Positions 11,846 through 18,093 of a DNA stretch of 18,093 bases are shown piece by piece. Source of the stretch: a virus; IMG/VR virus record IMGVR_UViG_3300009061_000331, positions 1 to 18,093 of that record; one strand, 5' to 3'. The notes under the pieces were generated by a model. That model ran no database searches and had not been told where the DNA came from. It saw only the letters and a program-made list of their open reading frames with translations. A program made the translations under genes and the position numbers. Position 1 is the first letter of the stretch; each line of letters begins with the position of its first letter.

Positions 11846-12748
11846 TTAATAACCAACACGAATGCTACTATCACTAGTAACTTTGTTTTTAATATATCCT
11901 TTAAATTCTTCGATCTGTTGTTCATTAAAAAATCTCTTATTTTTATAACGTTTGGTCGGTATAACTTTATGTTTTTTACATGCTTTATTAATCCATTCAA
12001 CACTCATGCCTATTTGTTTACTGATAGCTTTAACATCTTTTAAACCTTCTAATTGTGTAACACTTTTATGTAAAACATCCAGTTTAGAATTTGTACTAAA
12101 TCCCTCAAGTTGAATACTACGTTTAGAACTCAAATCTTTACATCTAAATTTAAAGTTCGGTCTAGTTTTAACATAAGCTTTACCAACAACAGGGTTTCTT
12201 TTACCATCCTTTAACGATTGTAATAAATAATGAGCTCTATATACACTATAAGCCCATACAACATTATGAGTTCTAAATTTATCACCTACATGGAAAAGAC
12301 CTCTTACAATACCATTATTAAATAAATCGTTATCTAAAGTCTTAATACAAGGCATAACCATAACAATAATAATTTTAAACGCTCTACATACTTCAAATAC
12401 CCTATTTAATTGAGCATTAAATTTGGTTAAAGCACCTCTACGGTTGAAATCACCTGCTTCATCATATACAATAACATGTAAACCTTTTTCATGACAAATT
12501 AATAACTTCTCTAATAATTGATCTCCACCTAAAGCTAACTGATATTTAAAGTCTATTGGTTTACCATTTAAGAAACTTGCACACTGAACTGCCAGGGTAG
12601 TTTTCCCTTTACCTAACCCACCATCTATTAATAAAACACTTGCTAATTTACGTTCAAACACTCTGTCTTTCCACATCTGTAAGTTATCAGTAACTATTAA
12701 ATTCCCAAATGGTGTGCCTGTTGATTTATAATATTTACATATTTCCAT
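11846..12748 (-). CDS. P-loop NTPase with a C-terminal excisionase/MerR-like HTH, ~300 aa.
   Basis: Walker A: LLIDGGLGKGKTTLAVQ. Walker B: LHVIVYDEAGDF. C-terminus: VKAISKQIGMSVEWINKACKKHKVIPTKRYKNKRFFNEQQIEEF. ATG 12748 lies 5 nt after AGGTG; the track start at 12763 is TTG. Confidence 0.75.
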   Translation of the reverse strand: MEICKYYKSTGTPFGNLIVTDNLQMWKDRVFERKLASVLLIDGGLGKGKTTLAVQCASFLNGKPIDFKYQLALGGDQLLEKLLICHEKGLHVIVYDEAGDFNRRGALTKFNAQLNRVFEVCRAFKIIIVMVMPCIKTLDNDLFNNGIVRGLFHVGDKFRTHNVVWAYSVYRAHYLLQSLKDGKRNPVVGKAYVKTRPNFKFRCKDLSSKRSIQLEGFSTNSKLDVLHKSVTQLEGLKDVKAISKQIGMSVEWINKACKKHKVIPTKRYKNKRFFNEQQIEEFKGYIKNKVTSDSSIRVGY

Positions 12749-12756
12749 AATAACAC

Positions 12757-13248
12757 CTAACAATGATTAGCTATATTCTCATCTTCTAAACTTAAAGTAT
12801 CAATATTCTTTCTAGTATCCCATTTTAATAATCCCTTCTTGTCTAATATTATATTGATAACCCTGAAAGCTAATATAATATTTTCAGGATCATCACTATT
12901 ATATAACTCTCTTAATAAAAGTAAAAACTTTCTTTTACCAACTTCACCATTAAATTTTTTATCTATATTATGTTCTATGCCTACAGTATTAAAAGCTGAT
13001 CTAATTGTAGGTTGTTGTAACCTATTAAAAGAAGGTTCTAATTCTATTATTAACATCTTAAATTTAGATATAAGATCCTTCTTTATGTTACTATAAGTGT
13101 GTCTATTCTTCTTATTCTTACTATTATAATGATAATAATTAGTTAAAGCATCTAAAACATCATCTCTTTTTTGTAAAATATTAATCTTAAGTATCAAAGT
13201 GGGACTTTGACCTTGATATTCACCTATTAATCTATTATTATTCCCCAT
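12757..13248 (-). CDS. Hypothetical protein, 163 aa.
   Basis: ORF track. GGAGGA lies 9 nt upstream of the ATG. Confidence 0.6.
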   Translation of the reverse strand: MGNNNRLIGEYQGQSPTLILKINILQKRDDVLDALTNYYHYNSKNKKNRHTYSNIKKDLISKFKMLIIELEPSFNRLQQPTIRSAFNTVGIEHNIDKKFNGEVGKRKFLLLLRELYNSDDPENIILAFRVINIILDKKGLLKWDTRKNIDTLSLEDENIANHC

Positions 13249-13272
13249 TTTAAAAAATCCTCCTGATTTGGT

Positions 13273-13280
13273 AATATAAA
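13273..13280 (-). promoter_or_regulatory. Possible internal TATA-like box (TTTATATT on the minus strand).
   Basis: Sits in the 88-nt gap between the genes at 13337 and 13248. Its distance to ATG 13248 matches the geometry at 11683/11650. Confidence 0.25.
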
Positions 13281-13336
13281 CTTAAGTAATTATTTAGTAA
13301 AAAAGTAACAAAAAGACTAAAAAAAATAAAAAAATA

Positions 13337-13558
13337 CTACTTTTTGGGTAATTTTAGCCGCCATTTTACCGGAATGGACAATGTTGCATTTAAAATATCA
13401 AGTTCCTTAAGTTTAACCACTTGAAACCATATAGTCTCTTTACAACGAGGTTTACCATACAATTTTAATCCCTTATATATCTCATTTATAGTATAACTCT
13501 CGTTTGGTTTGATAATATGTTGTACCTTTAGCCATTCTAAAACAACCTTTTTACACAT
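13337..13558 (-). CDS. Winged-helix DNA-binding protein candidate, 73 aa.
   Basis: Pattern VLEWLKV...YTINEIYKGL...ETIWFQVVKLKELDILNA...VKWRL resembles helix-turn-helix plus a wing. AGGTGAT lies 3 nt upstream. Confidence 0.45.
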   Translation of the reverse strand: MCKKVVLEWLKVQHIIKPNESYTINEIYKGLKLYGKPRCKETIWFQVVKLKELDILNATLSIPVKWRLKLPKK

Positions 13559-13562
13559 CCTA

Positions 13563-14027
13563 TCACCTTTCTTGTTTAAATTTAGGTTTAATATTTAATC
13601 TTGTATTAAGTATCTCTTCTTTACTGAGTAAACGTTTCTTACCTTTATAGTTAATTATATCTTTAAGGTTAGCTTTAGTAGCTATCCAAAAAAACAATCT
13701 AGTTCTGAGACCTAAATCAATAATGATAAATATTAAACCTAAACCTATCAAAAAATAATTACTTGCATTTAATATCCTATCCCCACCTAAATAATAATTA
13801 ACAATATAATAACTAACTATACTAATACATATTAAAATAAAACCAAGATAAGAAGGTGCATGGGTAAATTTTACTTTACCCTCGCACTCATAAACTAATC
13901 TATCATCAAATGTATGTGTACTTTGTTTAAAATTAACCATTAAAGGACTATTTTTAAAACGTTTTGTATGTCCTTTAATATAATTTAAAGTTGCATCTGT
14001 CTTTTCTATAACATAACCAAATAACAT
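13563..14027 (-). CDS. Membrane protein, 154 aa, 2 central TM helices.
   Basis: ORF track. AGGTGAT lies upstream. Confidence 0.6.
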   Translation of the reverse strand: MLFGYVIEKTDATLNYIKGHTKRFKNSPLMVNFKQSTHTFDDRLVYECEGKVKFTHAPSYLGFILICISIVSYYIVNYYLGGDRILNASNYFLIGLGLIFIIIDLGLRTRLFFWIATKANLKDIINYKGKKRLLSKEEILNTRLNIKPKFKQER

Positions 14028-14040
14028 TTATATCACCTGA

Positions 14041-14616
14041 TTAGTTAATAACTGGTATCTCAGCAACTAATGTCTTAACATTATTTAAAATTGCTAAAAC
14101 CTGGTCGGCTAATAAACCATTACTATATATTATATAAAATATACCTAATAAAGTAACTCCACTCAATAATAAAATAATAATCTGAAATTGTTTCTCTTTA
14201 TTGTTATGTGGATCTGTTAATGCCCTTATAAGAAGGTTCTCTTGTTTTATAGCATCAAATCCAGCAACACCACATAAATTTGGTTTCATTAATATATTAC
14301 CTATCTCTGTATATCTAACGCAATTAACACCCCAACTACGAAAAATATAATCTTCAGCCATTTTTAACCTCTTAACCTTACTCTTATCCTTACCTGTGCT
14401 TGTTTTATCACTAACTATTAAATATCCATCAATGTGTTTGCCGACTACATGATAGTTTTGTATTGGATGGATAACCTCACATAATACCAAACCACCACGA
14501 CTTGCAACAACTTTAACTAATTTAAATAAAAATCCTCTTGTTATCCATTGTACCCAAACAATAGGAATAACTAATACTATTAAACATATAATAATCCAAA
14601 TAATAAATTCTTCCAT
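14041..14616 (-). CDS. Membrane protein, 191 aa, N- and C-terminal TM helices.
   Basis: ORF track. AGGAGGA lies upstream and overlaps the preceding stop. Confidence 0.6.
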   Translation of the reverse strand: MEEFIIWIIICLIVLVIPIVWVQWITRGFLFKLVKVVASRGGLVLCEVIHPIQNYHVVGKHIDGYLIVSDKTSTGKDKSKVKRLKMAEDYIFRSWGVNCVRYTEIGNILMKPNLCGVAGFDAIKQENLLIRALTDPHNNKEKQFQIIILLLSGVTLLGIFYIIYSNGLLADQVLAILNNVKTLVAEIPVIN

Positions 14617-14632
14617 TTTAATAAAAATCCTC

Positions 14633-15124
14633 CTATACCCTATTTATTGGTTGGTGAAAAATACCACCCTTCTTAACATTTTCAATCTTCTCATGATGTT
14701 CTCTTGTAAGAGTTTTCATGATATTCCTAAAAAAGCCATTATGACTCTGACTTAATTCTATCTTACTAGCAACTCGATTCATACAAACAACAAAAGCATT
14801 ATTATATCCCTCATTTAAAAAATCACCACCGAGTTTTAGATAATGATCACAATATTTAACTTCACTAGTTTTTAAATTACCTAAACGTAAATCTCTAGTG
14901 AACATTTGTAACTGTTGCCATATATCACTTTTTTCACTAACTAAAACATCACCTTCTTTTCTCTTTTCTATTCTTTGACTAATAGTATTTATCCTATTAA
15001 TGAATCCTTTATTAACTTCCTCATCACTACCCCATACTCCATTAGTAACGAGCATAGTAGCTTCTAAATTATTTTCAGGGTTCATAGAAGGACCGTTAAA
15101 TTCTTCTTCTCTTTGTTCAACCAT
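14633..15124 (-). CDS. Hypothetical soluble protein, 163 aa.
   Basis: ORF track frame. ATG 15124 follows GGAGGTG. The longer 15160 start has no SD. Confidence 0.6.
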   Translation of the reverse strand: MVEQREEEFNGPSMNPENNLEATMLVTNGVWGSDEEVNKGFINRINTISQRIEKRKEGDVLVSEKSDIWQQLQMFTRDLRLGNLKTSEVKYCDHYLKLGGDFLNEGYNNAFVVCMNRVASKIELSQSHNGFFRNIMKTLTREHHEKIENVKKGGIFHQPINRV

Positions 15125-15425
15125 ATAACACCTCCAACTCGTAGTCTTTATTAGGTTCACAATTATACTTCTTCATTTCTTTACGAATACCTAAAATTAA
15201 ATCTTCACAACTTTTAATGACTAATTTTCTTACTTCACCATTAGGTGTTCTATAATTACCTTCTTTTAACTTTAAAGAGAAAATTATTTGATTATTTTTC
15301 TCTTTTGTTTGAATAATAAACAGTTTTTTAAGCAAAAAAGGTACTTTACTATTTTTTTTTACACCAGTAACACCTTTATCACTTAAACTTTTAACTTTAA
15401 AACCTATAACTATTTTCTCTTCCAT
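15117..15425 (-). CDS. Hypothetical protein, 102 aa.
   Basis: ORF track. GGAGGT lies upstream. Its ATG overlaps the upstream TAA (TAATG). Confidence 0.6.
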   Translation of the reverse strand: MEEKIVIGFKVKSLSDKGVTGVKKNSKVPFLLKKLFIIQTKEKNNQIIFSLKLKEGNYRTPNGEVRKLVIKSCEDLILGIRKEMKKYNCEPNKDYELEVLYG

Positions 15426-15559
15426 TATACTAAAACCTCCATTATCCCAGCAATAAAACCAAATAAAAAAATTAAAAAATAGAAACTACCAACTATAAAA
15501 GATAATACTACACTTGTTTTTAACCAAAAACTTAAATCTTTAAATTTTATTTTACTCAT
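15425..15559 (-). CDS. Small single-TM protein, 44 aa (MSKIKFKDLSFWLKTSVVLSFIVGSFYFLIFLFGFIAGIMEVLV).
   Basis: Hand translation. ATGA overlap with the upstream gene and TAATG overlap with the downstream gene. Confidence 0.45.
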   Translation of the reverse strand: MSKIKFKDLSFWLKTSVVLSFIVGSFYFLIFLFGFIAGIMEVLV

Positions 15560-15996
15560 TCTTTATACCTCCAACCTTTATTATATAATAAATGGTTAAT
15601 AATAAATGCTAACACAAAAACTAAAATAAATATTATATTAAACCATTCCATTAAAAAAGTTGGTTTAACGCCAACACTCTCACCTTTATACATTAAAAAA
15701 CTTTGATACATATATTCAGGTACTTTTTCACAAAAAGATTCATGTCTATAATAATAATCACCGTTAATGTTACAAAAACTATAAAATTCATTTTCGCATA
15801 CTGGTTCATTACATTCTAAATAAAAATATGGTTCTCTTATATTACTAAACCCTGTATCACTCCATAATAAAATAAATAAAAATATCACAAAAACTAAAGC
15901 AATATTAAAAATTAGTTTATTAACCTTATATCCTTTACCCCATGTTTTAATATCAAACTTAGTTTCCCATTCCTTTATTTTTTTTAACCAATTCAT
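15556..15996 (-). CDS. Membrane protein, 146 aa, 2 TM flanking a Cys-containing loop.
   Basis: ORF track. Four Cys lie in LECNEPVCENEFYSFCNINGDYYYRHESFC. ATGA overlap with the upstream gene. Confidence 0.6.
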   Translation of the reverse strand: MNWLKKIKEWETKFDIKTWGKGYKVNKLIFNIALVFVIFLFILLWSDTGFSNIREPYFYLECNEPVCENEFYSFCNINGDYYYRHESFCEKVPEYMYQSFLMYKGESVGVKPTFLMEWFNIIFILVFVLAFIINHLLYNKGWRYKE

Positions 15997-16280
15997 GGCA
16001 ACCTTTTTCCCTCACCATTTACATATTGAGCAGAACTCATACTAACAATCATTAAGTTGCCCATATCTTGTTGTGAAAAGTTTTGAGTGTTCTTCCATTC
16101 ACCAGTAACTTTATCTAACCAACCTTTTTTAAAAGTTATACTCAAAAAAGGTTTACCTTCTTTTGTTTGGTTTTCCCATAAACTCGCCTGAATCATTCCT
16201 GACCTAAAAACCTTAACAGGTCTTTTAAACTCACTACTAGTTTTACTAGTTGTATTTAATTCATTGTTTGTTTTTTCCAT
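15993..16280 (-). CDS. Candidate PC4/YdbC-like single-stranded DNA-binding protein, 95 aa.
   Basis: VKVFRSGMIQASLWENQTKEGKPFLSITFKKGWLDKVTGEWKNTQNFSQQDMGNLMIV resembles the beta-beta-beta-helix PC4-like pattern. It lies in the replication operon. Confidence 0.4.
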   Translation of the reverse strand: MEKTNNELNTTSKTSSEFKRPVKVFRSGMIQASLWENQTKEGKPFLSITFKKGWLDKVTGEWKNTQNFSQQDMGNLMIVSMSSAQYVNGEGKRLP

Positions 16281-16283
16281 TTT

Positions 16284-16448
16284 TTATTTACTTCCTCTTA
16301 AATACCCTGACTCGTCAAAATTAATTAATTTTAACTGAGTTAATGTGTTACTTAATATTTCTAAAGCTTTTTCTTTACTATTCATATTAATAATATCAAT
16401 AGCGTACTCTAAACCCTCGATTTTCCCATCACTAAACCTATCAAACAT
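16284..16448 (-). CDS. Hypothetical protein, 54 aa (MFDRFSDGKIEGLEYAIDIINMNSKEKALEILSNTLTQLKLINFDESGYLRGSK).
   Basis: Hand translation. AGGTGAT lies 4 nt upstream of ATG 16448. It fills the gap between the helicase and the PC4-like gene. Confidence 0.45.
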   Translation of the reverse strand: MFDRFSDGKIEGLEYAIDIINMNSKEKALEILSNTLTQLKLINFDESGYLRGSK

Positions 16449-16453
16449 TTTAA

Positions 16454-17950
16454 TCACCTATAATTATTCATACTAAGATCTCCGACCTCTATATATTTAC
16501 TAAGATTATCATCATCTAAAGATCCTTTTATGAATTCCATGTTTAACCAACAATGCTCTTGGCTCTTAGAATCAAACCCAATATTAATATTAACCCTTTT
16601 ACTTAATATACCTTTAGTCTGTAAAAACTTAAGTATATCTCTATCGCTAACAATATCTAAAGCTCTATGGTCACAAAACTCTGAGTAAAGTGTTCTAACA
16701 TCGCTTTTAATACATTTACAATTCTTACTAAACTTTAAGTATTCATCAAAGAAAACAATAAAGCTATTAGAATCTCTTAACCATTCATTTCTAGTCTCTT
16801 CGGTTGTTTTCTCATTGCTAAACTTTTTATTCTTAAACAATCTATCTAAACCATCTAAAGACCAATTTAGCAACCCACTCATTTCAATTGGATTATTTAA
16901 TTTTTCGATAATATTAATAATTCTAATACCATATCTATCTTTACTCTTATCATCAATATTATTATAAATATCTTTACTTACAAATGTTTTATTAAAATTT
17001 AAAACATTCCATCTTCTAAAAAATCCATCAGTAATGTCATAAGTAGGTGGTCTGTCATTACAATTAAAAATTAGTTTAGCATGGTTAGTAAATTGAATAC
17101 TGGTCTTAAATTTACGACTAGCATTAATAGTATCACGACCTGTTAGTTCTTTAAACCTATCAGTATTAACAATAGCACTTTTAGATAACTCACCAGTTAA
17201 ATTAGCAAATTTCCCATGCAAATTAACAATCTCAAAACTGTCATGTTTCTCTAATACCTTATATGTAATATTGCTAACATTATCACAACCTAAAAAAAGT
17301 TCTATTAATTCAAGAGTTTTACTTTTACCATTACTACCATTACCTCTAAATAAAAAAGCTTTCTCTAAGAAATTATCACGATAAAGACAATATCCTATAA
17401 GCTCCTGCATACCTTTAACATCGGTATCATTTAAAGTGTTAGAAAAAAAAGACTTAATCTTTTTACAATCAGTAACATTATTATAATTAGCATTAAGTTT
17501 AGTGAAAAATATTTTTTTATGACTAAATTTTTCTAATTTACGAGTTTTAACATTTAATATACCGTTTAATACACAAATCTCATCCTTATTATAATTATTA
17601 AAGAATTTATCATGATCTATATAATTGTCAGCAATAACTTTATTTATTACTTGATTAACAATATAAGCACTATAAGCGTCTTTTAATAATCGACGAGTTA
17701 CTTCTTTAATATAACTTTTACCATTTGGGATATATATACCATTTTTATACATCCATATTTCCTCTTTATCATCATCACGAATACTATAAAAATAATTAAA
17801 GGTATCTAAATAAATTACTAGTTCCTCACTTACTTTATCATAATCTTTTTGTAATATTAATCTAACAGCTCTATCTTCAATTTCTTTCTCTTCCTTCTTT
17901 ATAGCTTGTAAAAAATCAGTATTTATATTTTTATTTATATCAGTAATCAA
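16454..17950 (-). CDS. D5/P4-family superfamily-3 replicative helicase (phage/plasmid primase C-terminal type), ~498 aa.
   Basis: Walker A context: AFLFRGNGSNGKSKTLELIELFLG. Also LIFNCNDRP and GFFRRWNVLNFNKTF, typical of D5-like helicases. The probable start, TTG 17950, lies 6 nt after GAGGTG and overlaps the PrimPol stop (TTGA). The track start, GTG 17959, lies inside the SD. Confidence 0.85.
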   Translation of the reverse strand: MITDINKNINTDFLQAIKKEEKEIEDRAVRLILQKDYDKVSEELVIYLDTFNYFYSIRDDDKEEIWMYKNGIYIPNGKSYIKEVTRRLLKDAYSAYIVNQVINKVIADNYIDHDKFFNNYNKDEICVLNGILNVKTRKLEKFSHKKIFFTKLNANYNNVTDCKKIKSFFSNTLNDTDVKGMQELIGYCLYRDNFLEKAFLFRGNGSNGKSKTLELIELFLGCDNVSNITYKVLEKHDSFEIVNLHGKFANLTGELSKSAIVNTDRFKELTGRDTINASRKFKTSIQFTNHAKLIFNCNDRPPTYDITDGFFRRWNVLNFNKTFVSKDIYNNIDDKSKDRYGIRIINIIEKLNNPIEMSGLLNWSLDGLDRLFKNKKFSNEKTTEETRNEWLRDSNSFIVFFDEYLKFSKNCKCIKSDVRTLYSEFCDHRALDIVSDRDILKFLQTKGILSKRVNINIGFDSKSQEHCWLNMEFIKGSLDDDNLSKYIEVGDLSMNNYR

Positions 17951-18093
17951 AAATAACACCTCGTCTTATTCTTGCCACTTTTCCAATGTGGCACACATTC
18001 TAAAGCAATCGGGACATTTTCAGTATTTTTCTGGGATTCGGCTTTATAATAATTAATAAATTTATTTCTGAATTCTATTCTTTCTTCTTTTGA
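17947..18093 (-). CDS. 3' end of the PrimPol gene: 17971-18093 duplicates 1-123, and the unique last 7 codons + TGA lie at 17970-17947.
   Basis: The reading frame continues from position 1 across the join: AAT AAG ACG AGG TGT TAT TTT TGA. Confidence 0.8.
   Translation of the reverse strand, partial: SKEERIEFRNKFINYYKAESQKNTENVPIALECVPHWKSGKNKTRCYF
17971..18093. repeat. Terminal redundancy, copy 2 (identical to 1-123).
   Basis: 123/123 identity with the window start. Confidence 0.95.

Noticed and set aside
11743-12003. Minus-strand ORF 11743-12003.
   Set aside because: It is an alternative frame overlapping the 3' end of the NTPase gene and runs through the inverted repeat/T8 terminator region.
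12839-13096. Plus-strand ORF inside the 163-aa gene.
   Set aside because: Antisense shadow with no start signals.
17971-18093. End repeat read as a biological direct terminal repeat of a linear genome.
   Set aside because: The PrimPol ORF is only complete when the ends are joined, and the operon logic is continuous across the join. This favours a circular or circularly permuted molecule, but sequence alone cannot exclude terminal redundancy.

Overview
The window is a complete, circularly closed replicon of about 17,970 bp: bases 1-123 repeat exactly at 17971-18093. It is strongly AT-rich (by eye roughly 25-30% G+C, not computed) and very gene-dense. Two divergent polycistronic modules start in one control region (~600-915) and converge at ~9420.

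Rightward module (916-9419), structural-looking:
- a 63-aa protein made of two hydrophobic helices, followed by a hairpin + T-tract attenuator
- several small membrane proteins
- a 1038-aa Lys/Arg-rich protein with perfect in-frame SSSPS[T/I]KP tandem repeats
- a 1059-aa secreted LamG-domain protein with repeated beta-sandwich-like modules, one Cys-rich insert and a C-terminal membrane anchor

Leftward module (599, across the circular join, down to 9425):
- an RHH regulator
- a compact AEP/PrimPol that crosses the window edge and is missing from the supplied ORF track
- a D5/P4-type SF3 helicase
- a PC4-like candidate ssDNA-binding protein
- a P-loop NTPase with an excisionase-like HTH tail
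- a wHTH protein and a second RHH
- a small serine recombinase with no HTH domain
- a zinc ribbon and many small membrane proteins

Several expression signals fit an archaeal host better than a bacterial one, but do not prove it. These are TTTATATA boxes placed ~26 nt upstream of an SD-less first gene, GGTGA(T)-type Shine-Dalgarno sites, TTG starts, and many ATGA/TAATG stop-start overlaps.

I recognise no HK97 or double-jelly-roll capsid, portal, terminase, tRNA, rRNA or CRISPR array. My best reading is the genome of an undescribed archaeal virus of the spindle-shaped/pleomorphic type, or a virus-like plasmid. All homology statements come from motif recognition by eye and need HMM or structure searches.
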